Assembly (NCBI GenBank): GCA_001655205.1
Contig: LPNZ01010852.1
Span: forward strand, 1 to 64,000
From: Lenisia limosa
Taxonomy: Eukaryota; Protista; Breviatea
Direction: 5' to 3'
DNA length: 64,000 nt
The translations under genes were made by a program, and so were the position numbers. The notes under the pieces are model-generated. The model saw only the letters and a list, made by a program, of their open reading frames with translations, searched no databases and was not told the DNA's origin. Positions 12,001-22,653 of this stretch are shown here, piece after piece (within the stretch, counting starts at the first letter, position 1; each line of letters opens with the position of its first letter).

Positions 12001-15000
12001 AATTGAAAATGTTGTAGCTCTTAAGACAAAGTTGATGATATAGGAACAACTTCTTACGGTGGCGGACCCCCAAACCGCTGCGGACGTCATGGAGGACCAA
12101 TACTTCGTGGACTTCATGAGAGACCCCGAGGAGGTGCTTTAATATCGTATTTTGGAGTATTGACCCCCCAGATTGAGGATCCGGAAGCTGACATCGAAGA
12201 GGCGCCAAAGATCTACGAAAAGCCCTCGTCCATGGCCAACTTACGCGGCCGTGCTGAGCACTTCATGCAGATGTACACCCAGGAGACTAGGGGCATGAGT
12301 CTGGACCTGGTTCTCTTCAAGGACGCCATTACGCATCTCACGCGCATTTCTCGGGTGTTGCGCACACCTGTTGGCAACGCTCTTCTTGTGAGCTGGGTGG
12401 CCTCTTGGTACCGTTATGCATCAAAGAGTGACGGTGTAGGTTGGTGTCGGAGGAAGCGGACGGCAGTCTTTGACCCGACTTGCTTCGTACATTGCAGGCA
12501 ATGAATGCTTCCAGATCCAGGTGCGTCGGTAGCCCCAGGTTTTATTATATTTTGATCTTCAAATGAACTTGGGTTGTTGGTGCGACGAATGACTCTTTAG
12601 GTCACCCGAACTTACAACGTCAGCAATCTCATAGACGACCTCAAAGTGTGCAGTGAACAGATATCACGGATTTGCTCTATTGGATTAGTCCTTGCGCGCT
12701 TTTTGCTCCAGCCTCATATTTTAGCATTTGTACCGAGTAACTGGTGGAGAGGGGCGACCAGTGACCTTCATCTTAACCGATAACGACATCGTTGACGAGG
12801 CCTTCCTTGAGTACATCAATAGCATCCTTAGGTTTGTCTCTGCCCTGGTGTTGTCATGACTTCAGTTCGGGTGAAGTGCCGAACCTCTTCCCTCGAGATG
12901 AGCTTGACTTGGTACTCTCTGACCTTCGCGCTGTGTTCCTCAAGGATCCCGCAATGAAGGTTCGACTCCATCTGATTCTGCTTTTCTTGTCAGGATACAT
13001 TTTCAATTATTTTCTACCCCCCCCTCTGGAGTGATGGAGTGGTGGGATGCGGTCGGTGCTGCATAAGCGACTGGCCTGAGCTTTGTTTGTTTTTTTGTTA
13101 TCAACCCTCGNNNNNNNNNNNNNNNNNNNNNNNNNNNNNNNNNNNNNNNNNNNNNNNNNNNNNNNNNNNNNNNNNNNNNCAGGGAGAAATCGATACGCAG
13201 GAGGAGCTCTACTCGTACTTCATACAGCGCGCCCGCGCCAATCTCCACGTAGTGTTGTGCATGAGCCCTGTTGGTGAGACGCTCCGCTCTCGCTCTCTCC
13301 GCTTCCCGGGTCTCATTTCTGGCTGCACCATTGATTGGTTCTTCGGATGGCCTCGTGAAGCCCTCGTGGAAGTGGCTGCAAAGCACATCAAAAACTTCCC
13401 CATGCTCTGCAGCGGCGAGGACAGAGACGCGCTCGTCGACCACATGGCCTTCCTGCACAGCCACGTCAAGGCGCAGTGTGACAATTACTTCCAAAAATAC
13501 CGCAGATCGACTTACGTCACCCCCAAGTCCTATCTCTCCTTCATCAATCAGGTATTCCTTCCACCTTTCTTTCCTTCTCATCCCTTCAGTACATGAGGTT
13601 CTACGACTTGAAGAAGAACCATTACGATGACCTTGCCTCCCGAATGAACCAAGGTCTTGAGAAGCTGCTGGAGGCCGGAGAAAGCGTGTCTCGTCTGAGA
13701 CTCGAACTTGTTGACAAGGTGGCCGGACTTTCTGACGTCACGTAGAATGCTTGATGGTTGGGAATGACGATTTAGGAACGCAACTTAGAGGTGGCACAAG
13801 CGAAGGCTCAGGAGTTCCTCGTCGTCATCACTGCTAAAACAGCCGAGGCTGAAAAGAAAAAGAACGAGGTAGGCTCCACTTATATATATTTTGGAATATT
13901 TCATTTGAACTATGTGCACTGACCCTTCAAACTCAAAAATATGACACTTTGTACTCACCCCCCCCCCCTAGGTTCTTGTGGTCAAAGAAGAAATGGCAGA
14001 TGTTGTGGCCAAGATCGAATGTGACAAGAAGGTGGTGGAAGACGATCTTCTTGAGGCCAAACCGGCCCTGGACAGTGCCATTGAGGCGCTCGACCGCATC
14101 AAGCCCGCTGATATCAGGTAACGGGGATAGGGAGTGATATCAAGTAATGGGGATGGGGAGGAGTGATGTCAGGTAACGGGGATAGGGAATGTTTGCTTGC
14201 ATGCATGTCTGAACTGACCCCTTTTCAGTAACGTGAAGAAGCTGCGTAAGCCGCCCAACCTCATCCAGAGAATCCTTGACGGTGTTCTTTTGCTCAAACA
14301 GCAGCCTGTTCTCCCCATCCAGGTTTGTCATGATGGCTTGCTTCTCACCCTATAGCCCGACCCCGAAAAGCCCGGGTATTTCCTGGCGTCGTGGGCCAAT
14401 GCTGTTCGTACCATGGGTGCCGGCGACTTCCTACCCTCGCTTCTCAACTTCCCCAAGGACCAGGTATGCCTGTTGCTATTGTTTCAATAGTGTTTTCAAT
14501 TTCTAACTCGATGCAGATTACGGACGAGACCATTGAGCTGCTGCAGCCCTACCTTGAAATGCCAGACTTCAACTCCAAGGACGCCGAGAAATCCTCGGGT
14601 TCCATCGCTGGTCTCTGCAGCTGGGTTCAAGCTATGGTGGGGGCGTGTGCAGTATGTAATGAATGATCAGCATTTTTGTTGAGATGTTAACGATCTAGGT
14701 GATCTATCGCCGTGTTTCCAAGGAGGTCCTTCCCAAAAAGGAAGCTTTAGTTCGGGCCGAGAGGAAACTGCAGTTAGCACAGGCCGACTTGCAGACCACC
14801 CAGGTTTGTTTTTATTTTCAGTGTATTGATATTGCGCTCCTGATGTTGTACTGATCCTCCTCAGGAGGAACTCGATGGAAAGCAGAAGGTTCTAGATGAG
14901 ATGAAGGCCGAATATGAAGAGGCCCTGAGACACAAACAAGCCCTCCAGGTATGGAGGTTTTTCTGGTTCAGATGTTTGATTCTCATGATACAGACTTATT

Positions 15001-18000
15001 CTTCCCTTGACCACCCCAGGATGATGCTGAGCTGACGGCTCGGAAGGCAGAAAGCGCCACGTCTCTCATTTCTGGGCTCTCCGGAGAGAAGGAAAGATGG
15101 ACGCAGCAATCTCGTGAGACATGGTGTAGAGAATTTAACATGTGGTTCGTTGTTGTCCGCCTTACCACCCCCTCACAGGAGAATTTGCGGAATCAACGCG
15201 TCGTTTAGTTGGAGATGTTGCTCTTGCTTCAGCCTTCCTTTCCTATTGCGGACCCTTCAACCAAGAGTTCAGGGCCAGCCTCTTCAAGTCTTTCACCAGA
15301 GTATGCTGAGATTGACCCATCATCATAATAATGATGTTTCGCCAACAGAGTTGATCTGAGGCTTTTTGTTTTCCTGTCACCTCCCTAGGACTTGAAGCAA
15401 CACAACATTCCGTGCAGCCAAACCCTGGACGTCACCAAGCTCCTTGCTGATGAAGCAACTATAGGCGAATGGCATCTCCAGGTACATATAAACATAATGT
15501 TATACAATACGCATTTTGGTGTAATTCACACTTAAAAAGACATATTTTGCGACAAGTTATAAGGAAAAACTTTTTGCCATCAGTGTAACTCACTGTATAC
15601 CTTACGTTCCTGATGATGCCTCTAACCCTTCAATGGCATTTGACGCATTAGGGTCTGCCCACTGACGAGCTGTCCATCCAAAATGGCGTCGTTGTCACAA
15701 ATTCGTCCCGCTACCCCTTGCTGGTCGACCCCCAGGGACAGGCCAGAGCCTGGCTCACGTCTCGAGAGGTCGGCTTACCTTTCCCCGATCCCTCACCATC
15801 TAGGCTAAGAACAACTTGCGCATCACTAGCTTCTCGGATAAGTTCTTCCGTCAAACGCTGGAGGATTGTCTGTCGTTCGGCTACCCCATTCTTATTGAGG
15901 GCATTGTGGAGTCCCTGGACCCGGTCCTTGATAACGTCCTTGAGAAAGTTTTCATCAAAACTGGAAGGTTGGTCCTGTTGCTTGTTGACATCTTGATCGA
16001 TTTGTTCACATTATTTAGGACCCGGAAGGTGCGAGTTGGAGATAAGGAAATCGACTTTGACGATAATTTCTTCCTGTACATGACAACGAATTTGGCCAAC
16101 CCCTCTTTCTCGCCCGAGGTATGCATCACACTTGTTTTCCTTTTAACTGCCTAGGTGTTTGCAAAGACCTCTGTTGTGGACTTCACGGTGACTATGAAGG
16201 GACTGGAGGACCAGCTTCTTGGTGAGCCGTTTTGACCCATCTCACAGCTCAGGACGTGTAATCCTGAAGGAGAAGATCGAGCTTGAACAACAGCGCCAAC
16301 AACTGCTTGAGGACGTAGGTTTAATTACATTTTTATATTCACTTGCAATCTCCATATTACTAGCAATCAAGATTGTCCGTAGCAGATTTATCCATTAAAT
16401 AGTAGTGAACGGTGTTCGTGAACTGACTCTGCAGGTGAACCAAAACAAGAGACGAATGAAGGAGCTTGAAGACTCTCTGCTGCTTCGGCTGACCACCACC
16501 GAAGGCTCGCTTGTCGACGATGTTGAGTTGATCGGAGTCCTCAATAGCTCCAAGACCACAGCCAATGAGGTTCTGGAGAAACTCACAAACAGCCAGGATA
16601 CAGAGACCAAAATCAACATTGCACGAGAGGAGTTCAGACCTGTCGCCACGCGCGGCTCTATTCTCTACTTCCTTATCGGTAGGCTGCCCTCCTAAGCGGT
16701 GGTGTGGGCCTAATACTATCCCCTTTCCCCATATGAGAACCTGACGTTGCAGTCGAAGTTGGCCTTGTCAACCACATGTACGCTACAAGTTTGGCGCAGT
16801 TCCTCAAGACGTTCGATCTCGTGGGAGGGATTAGATTGCTTTTGATTAGTATTGGCCCGTTCTAACCACCCAGGCCATCGATAGAGCCCCACGGTCGCCG
16901 CTGCCGGTCAAGAGACTACGCAATATTGTCGACAGTGTCACCGCCGCCGTAGGTCTTATTTTTGTTCATGGGGTCAACTTAATGCTGGCGGATTGATTTT
17001 GACTCCGCAAGGTGCATACCAACGTTGTTCGAGGCCTTTATGAGAAGGACAAGTTCCTATTCAGTCTGCAGCTCGCGCTCAAGGTCAGTGAGGGCCTTAG
17101 AACTAGGGCTTCACATCCGTTCAAAAATACTGGTAAAATATATCGATAGTTTTCGAGGGTTTATCGAGAAATTCAGTCTTTTTTCGAACCGAAGTGAAGC
17201 CCTACTTAGGACAGACTCTTGAGACGATTCTTTGACGTTTTAGGTTGACCTCAAGGCCGGCAACATCTCCTTCCAGGAGTACCGTTATCTCATCAGAGTA
17301 CGTTCCGATACTCCCCCCCCCCCCCCNNNNNNNNNNNNNNNNNNNNNNNNNNNNNNNNNNNNNNNNNNNNNNNNNNNNNNNNNNNNNNNNNNNNNNNNNN
17401 NNNNNNNNNNNNNNNNNNNNNNNNNNNNNNNNNNNNNNNNGAAGCCTTGCCACTGGATCACTGACTCGTCTTGGCTCAATCTTGTCGCCCTCAGGTATGT
17501 CTTTGTGTCTCTTGTCATGGCTAAATTACTCTTTCTGTGTCTCTTGCAATGGCTAAATCACTCTTTCTGTGTCTCTTGCAATGGCTAGATTACTCTTTTT
17601 ACTGCAATGACCTGCTACACTTGTTGTACATCCCTAACCTGCAGTGATTTGCCACAATTTAGCGAAGTGCTTGACCACCTGGTTGCCAACAGCGCCAAAT
17701 GGCAGCAATGGTGCGCGCGCGGGGGGTATTAGCAATTGACACACCACCGCAACTGACCATCAGGTACGAACTTGAGGCACCAGAGAAGGCAATCCTCCCC
17801 GACCGCGGAATGGAGGGACTTGATTCGTTCCGTCGGCTCCTTGTGCTCCGAGCCTGGTGTGAGGACCGCGTCATATTCGCCGCCACCGACTACATCTCCG
17901 NNNNNNNNNNNNNNNNNNNNNNNNNNNNNNNNNNNNNNNNNNNNNNNNNNNNNNNNNNNNNNNNNNNNNNNNNNNNNNNNNNNNNNNNNNNNNNNNNNNN

Positions 18001-21000
18001 TCCAAGCTTGGTGAGCGGTACATCAACGCCGTGCCTGTGGACTTGGACAAGATCAGTCATGAGGCCGAACCGGTCACTCCGATCGTGGGGGGAGGGGTAG
18101 TTGTCATCAAAGTCCGCCACGATGCCTAACTCACTAGGTTTGCCTCCTGAGCCAGGGTAGTGATCCGTCCAGCTCAATATCATCTCTTGCAAAGAGACGC
18201 AAGGTTCGCTTATCGTGAAATAGTGTTATGGCATTGCTCCTGTGATTATCTCAGATTACGCTGGGCGAGATCTCCATGGGCCAAGGACAGGAGCCCCATG
18301 CACGTCGTCTCGTCACCCAGGCAATGGCACAAGGCCACTGGGTGCTTCTGCAGAACGGCCATCTCGGCCTCCCCTTCCTCAATGAGCTCATGGAACTCCT
18401 CAAATCTACACAAGTCTGTACAGCCGTCCCTATTCCAGCCGTTCTCAAACCGTTCTGACTCCTTAGGACATTGACAGCAACTTCAGAGTGTGGGTGACTA
18501 CGGACCCCATTGACGTGTTCCCAATTGCTCTCCTACAAACATCCATCAAGGTTTGCCACCACCAGGACCGGACCGGAGCTGATTCTTTCAGGTCACTTCC
18601 GAGCCGCCTCTTGGACTCAAGGCCGGCCTCTCCAGAACCTACCAATGGGTCACCCAGGTATGGACTACTCTCTAGTGGAAATGTTGACGCTCTTAGGAAC
18701 TTCTCGATGCTGTTGACAAAACACAGTGGCAACCAATCCTCTACGTGTATGCCCTGTCATCCTCTTGTCTTAATCCACTCCCTTTTTAAGAATTTTTTTT
18801 TAAAATCTAGCCTCCCCAGTCGCAAAATTCTTAAAGAAACCATCCTTCCACCAACTTTTATCGAAGTTGCTTTGACCCCCCCTTTATTTCACGCCCCAGA
18901 CTCTGCTTCCTCCACTCAGTGGTGCAGGAAAGAAGAAAGTTTGGAGCCCTGGGTTGGAACATCCCCTATGAGTTCAACCTCAGTGACTTACAGGTCGGGC
19001 ATTACCGGCTTTCATTGGATTGGCCGTATTCAGGATAGAGCTTGTTTGATTCCTTAGGCTGGAGTGTTGTTCCTGCAGAACTTCATCTACGACTGGGACC
19101 ACCGCCGGCCGATTTCATGGTCAACCATCCAGTACATGCTTGCCGAGGTATGTGATCAATCATGGCCCTCTGCTTGTCTGACTTTTCAGGTTGTCTACGG
19201 TGGCAGAGTCACTGACGATTTCGATAGAATACTGATGAACACCTTTACTGAGGTATGCACGTCTTTACCAGTTCAATCCCTAAACCACCAGGTCTGGCTT
19301 GGCGACCAGATTCTGCAGCCGAATTTCAAATTCAGTGGCAGCTACGGCATCCCCCAACTCTCGACGATTGATGAGTACCGCAAAGAGGTGGCACAACTGC
19401 CCCTTGTCGACAGCCCTGAGGTGAGCGATCTTTGATCTTGTCATATCTGACACCCCAGGTCTTTGGTCTGCATCCCAATGCTGACATCACGTACCGGACC
19501 AACCAAGGCCGTGCTGTCCTTGATACCATTCTCAGCGTCCAGCCCAAGGTAAGGCTTTCTCTTGACTATCACGCATGCAATACCACACCCGTTAGCAACG
19601 AAAGTATGATACAAGGATAAGGAAAACGCCTCCGGGTGATGGTAATGCTGCAGGAAAACATTGGTTCTGGAGAGACTCGTGAGGACACAGTGCTGAAGAT
19701 TGTCAACGACCTTCTCGGCAAAATGCCAGCTAACTTCGAACCAGCCAAGGTGGGCAATATCATTCCTTGCGTTTCTTCCTTGAATGGTATCTGACAACAC
19801 AGGTGGTGAAGGCTATCCAACGACTTGGTGGGATGGCTGTCCCCCTCAATGTGTTCCTCAAGCAGGAGGTCACGACTATGGCTAAGGTGCGTGCCTATTT
19901 GACATTGTGGAGCAAACGGGAAATGCATTCATTGTCTAGGTGCTGACCCTTGTGCGTAAGACCCTTGAGGACCTGCAGCTCGCAATCGCTGGTACCATCA
20001 TCATGAATGCCGAACTTCAGGTATGGTGTTACTTTGTTGCCCTTCTTCTTCTTCGTGTTGTTTCGCCTAACTCTTCAGTCCGCCCTCAACTCACTCTATG
20101 ACGCAATGGTACCCGAATCTTGGTCCAAAGTGGGGACCAACAAATCGACCGCTTTGTGTTCTTTCATTTCTGATCTCTCAGATCTCATGGCCTTCTCCCA
20201 CCCTTGGGTTCTGGATGAACGATCTCGATCAGAGATGCAGCCAATACAGTACCTGGCTCTATGACGGAATCCCGAAGGTGTTCCTCTTCTCTGCTTTCTT
20301 CAACCCCCAGGTTCGCATTCCTCTGTTAACTTTTATTTCTGTTTGACATCAAGTTGATTCTTAAACTCACAATGCAGGGCTTCTTGACGTCCATGAAACA
20401 GGAGGTGACCAGACAGCGTGGATGGGCCTTGGACGCCGCCGTACTTCATGGCGAGGTTAGGATTCTCTGACTGAATAAAGCCTGGACCAACTATTTGCTT
20501 CATAATGAGTAGACTCGGGCAATTAATATTAATCAAATATTAATATGATTTGACTGAATTTTTTTTCAATATTTCTGATCAATGAAATATCAGCAACTGT
20601 GATGCATTGCACGCTTTGACCAGTAGGTTCTACGCGTGGACAAAGAAGGCATTGACAGGCCAGCAGACGAGGGAGTCTACCTGCAAGGCCTGTGGCTCGA
20701 GGGCGCGGGATGGGACAAACGTCACGGCCGTCTTACTGAGGCTAGTGCTAAGGTTTGTGTCTTACGTTCTTGTCAATCTCATCCTCACACAGGTTCTTCA
20801 CACCAAAATGCCTGTTATTCATGTGACATGTGTTACTTCCAGTCACCCCACCCAACAAGGACTTCAAGTAGGTCGCTCTTTCACAATGATATGTTTTCAA
20901 CAACTATTCCATTGAGCATGCTACTTTGAAGACGCTAAACTCTTACTATTGCAGAAGTCATACAGCTGCCCCGTGTATACCACTCCCCAAAGGACAGATC

Positions 21001-21158
21001 TGAACCACATTTTCAACATCTCCCTTCCAACCAATGTGGTATGTTGAAGAGCTTTTAATTTTGAGAAGACAGGTGTACAGTATGTCATTTACTGACCTTT
21101 TCAGACCCCAGACAGATGGATTCTCCGTGGTGTTGCTCTCGTGTCGTCCAAGCAATAA
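1..21158 (+). CDS. DNAH5: Axonemal dynein heavy chain, outer-arm gamma type (DNAH5/DNAH8-like); multi-exon, 5' end lies outside the window
   Basis: Exon peptides match DHC motifs: [22 protein letters not shown]; FNCSDQMDF...[12 protein letters not shown]; [17 protein letters not shown]; P2 GPSGSGKT (~9221); [24 protein letters not shown]; P3 [10 protein letters not shown] (~10886); P4 [11 protein letters not shown] (~12440). [34 protein letters not shown] is DNAH5/8-like. Also [15 protein letters not shown] and C-terminal [13 protein letters not shown] (stop 21156-21158). The P1 Walker A falls in the gap at 7776-7882. Confidence 0.93.
2542..2635. mobile_element. MITE family A, copy 1 (intronic)
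   Basis: TAGGGCTTCCCTT...AAGGAAACCCTA termini; internal AATATCGATA..ATCGAGGATTTATC core shared with the other copies; TA at both ends. Confidence 0.75.
6885..6986. mobile_element. MITE family A, copy 2 (intronic, termini eroded)
   Basis: TAGAGCTTTACTTCGGTTCGAAAA...TTTTCGAACCGAAGTGAAGTCCAA inverted repeat plus the shared core. Confidence 0.8.
8789..8888. mobile_element. MITE family A, copy 3 (intronic)
   Basis: TAGGGCTTCACTTCGGTTCGAAAAAG...CTTTTTTCCAACCGAAGTGAAGCCCTA; ~25-bp TIR, TA flanks. Confidence 0.88.
9024..9058. repeat. (TGAAC)7 pentanucleotide microsatellite in a dynein intron
   Basis: tgaac tgagc tgaac tgaac tgaac tgaac tgagc read directly. Confidence 0.85.
9767..9864. mobile_element. 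MITE family A, copy 4 (intronic, opposite orientation)
   Basis: GGGCTTCC...GGTTCCAAAAAACTGA...TTTTTTGAACC..GGAAGCCCT; the core is the reverse complement of that in copies 1-3. Confidence 0.75.
14109..14189 (+). repeat. Threefold tandem duplication of an exon end plus 5' splice site
   Basis: tgatatcag|gtaacggggataggga, tgatatcaagtaatggggatgggga, tgatgtcaggtaacggggataggga. Confidence 0.85.
17104..17204. mobile_element. MITE family A, copy 5 (intronic)
   Basis: TAGGGCTTCACATCCGTTCAAAAA...TTTTTTCGAACCGAAGTGAAGCCCTA with the shared core. Confidence 0.85.
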
Positions 21159-21218
21159 ATATCTTTATCAATATAGTCTATTTCATGTAACTTAATATTG
21201 CCTTCATAAGGCGTATTG

Positions 21219-21252
21219 CTGGCAAGATGTCTCGCAAGCATCTCGCTAAGAA
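21219..21252 (+). repeat. 34-bp exact inverted copy of histone H3 coding sequence (22045-22078)
   Basis: ctggcaagatgtctcgcaagcatctcgctaagaa equals the sense strand of H3 codons around [10 protein letters not shown]. Confidence 0.9.
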
Positions 21253-21603
21253 TCAGGTTTTTCAAGGGTGGAATTAAAAAGACAGTGAAATATGAAATTT
21301 AATAAAAAATAAAAATGCAATAGGAAATCGATTGAATCACAAAAAGAGTTTAAAATTCAAATGTGCCCAGTTGTTTCTAGAAGCTTTTTAATGAAATACT
21401 ATTTGAGTAAGAGCAAGAAGTTAGAGAGGAATTGATGACAGATTGCGTATTAGAAAAAAAAAAAAAAATAATAAGAGGAGATCGAGATCTAATGAAATGA
21501 GGAATAAGAAGTATAAAAGAATTATTTTAAATATGGACTATTGTATCTGTAGAAGTAGTGATAAAGTTAAGAAAACAATAAAAGAGAAGATTATAAGGAG
21601 TCA

Positions 21604-21710
21604 GTTTTTGGGAAATTGAAGGTTGGTGTTAAAAAACACCGTTGTGGTAAAAGGAAACACAAAAATGTGAATCCGAAAAAGAGCCAAAAAGGCAGAAGTC
21701 AAAAGACTTA
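21604..21710 (-). repeat. H3 3'UTR, left arm of an inverted repeat with the H4 3'UTR
   Basis: Reverse complement aligns to 22651-22756 with 3 substitutions and 1 indel, starting exactly at the TAA stop. Confidence 0.93.
21625..21640 (-). promoter_or_regulatory. Histone-type 3' stem-loop candidate (GGTGTT-TTTT-AACACC) downstream of H3
   Basis: Perfect 6-bp stem and 4-nt U loop, with CCACAAC 5' flank and AACC 3' flank; same geometry as the SLBP-bound histone hairpin. Confidence 0.6.
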
Positions 21711-22115
21711 GGCGTGGGTGCCGCGGAGACGCATGGCAAGACGCATATCGTCAGGCTTGATGGTAACGCGATGGGCATGGATGGCGCAAGCGTTGGTGTC
21801 ATCGAAAAGACCGACAAGGTAAGCCTCAGCAGCCTCCTGGAGAGCAGTGACGGCGGTAGACTGGAAACGGAGGTCGTCCTTGATGGTGGAGGCGATCTCA
21901 CGAACAAGACGCTGGAAGGGAAGCTTGCGAATGAGGAGCTCGGTGGTACGCTGGTAGCGACGGATATCACGCAGAGCGACGGTACCGGGGCGGAAACGGT
22001 GAACCTTCTTGACGGCACCGGAGGGAACGGTCTTCTTGGCGGACTTCTTAGCGAGATGCTTGCGAGACATCTTGCCAGAGGCGGACTTGCGGGCAGTCAT
22101 CTTAGTACGAACCAT
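21708..22115 (-). CDS. H3: Histone H3, divergent, intronless (135 aa)
   Basis: [11 protein letters not shown]...[37 protein letters not shown]...[39 protein letters not shown]. Confidence 0.97.
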   Translation of the reverse strand: MVRTKMTARKSASGKMSRKHLAKKSAKKTVPSGAVKKVHRFRPGTVALRDIRRYQRTTELLIRKLPFQRLVREIASTIKDDLRFQSTAVTALQEAAEAYLVGLFDDTNACAIHAHRVTIKPDDMRLAMRLRGTHA

Positions 22116-22149
22116 TTTGAATTATTCAATGAGAAAAGTAAAGAGAATT

Positions 22150-22301
22150 AAAAAAAAAATTATTTAAATAGAAAACAGTTTTTGAAAATTACAAGATAAA
22201 ATTTCTAACTATCATCCCGCCAAAATTTTGGCGCCATGATAATTAGATATTTTATCTTGTAATTTTCAAAAACTGTTTTCTATTTAAATAATTTTTTTTT
22301 T
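22150..22301. promoter_or_regulatory. Palindromic bidirectional H3/H4 promoter (two 76-bp arms)
   Basis: Arms are reverse complements with ~4 mismatches; centre at 22225/22226, which is 110 bp from the H3 ATG and 113 bp from the H4 ATG. Confidence 0.85.
22216..22235. promoter_or_regulatory. Two back-to-back E2F-type motifs (CCCGCCAAAA|TTTTGGCGCC)
   Basis: TTTGGCGC on + matches the E2F consensus TTTSSCGC, and TTTGGCGG on - is a close variant; they sit at the exact palindrome centre. Confidence 0.55.
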
Positions 22302-22338
22302 GAGGAATGTATCTATCTTTTTTGATTAATTGATTAAC

Positions 22339-22653
22339 ATGTCTGGACGTGGAAAGGGAGGCAAGGGACTCGGAAAGGGTGGCGCCAAGCGTCTTACTCG
22401 CAAGGTTCTCCGCGACAACATCCAGGGTATCACTAAGCCCGCTATCCGCCGTCTCGCTCGTCGTGGTGGTGTCAAGCGTATCAACTCCCTCATCTACCCC
22501 GAGACTCAGAAGGTTCTCCGCCTCTTCCTCGAAGGTATCCTCAAGGACGCCATCACTTACACCGGCCATGCCCGCCGCAAGACCGTCACCGCCATGGACG
22601 TCGTCTACGCTCTCAAACGCGCCGGCCGCAACATCTACGGTGTTGCCAACTAA
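22339..22653 (+). CDS. H4: Histone H4, divergent, intronless (104 aa)
   Basis: [48 protein letters not shown]...[15 protein letters not shown]; true ATG at 22339. Confidence 0.98.

Noticed and set aside
2542-17204. Family A as introner (intron-creating) elements
   Set aside because: Each copy sits inside a larger intron with separate GT and AG sites; element ends do not coincide with splice sites
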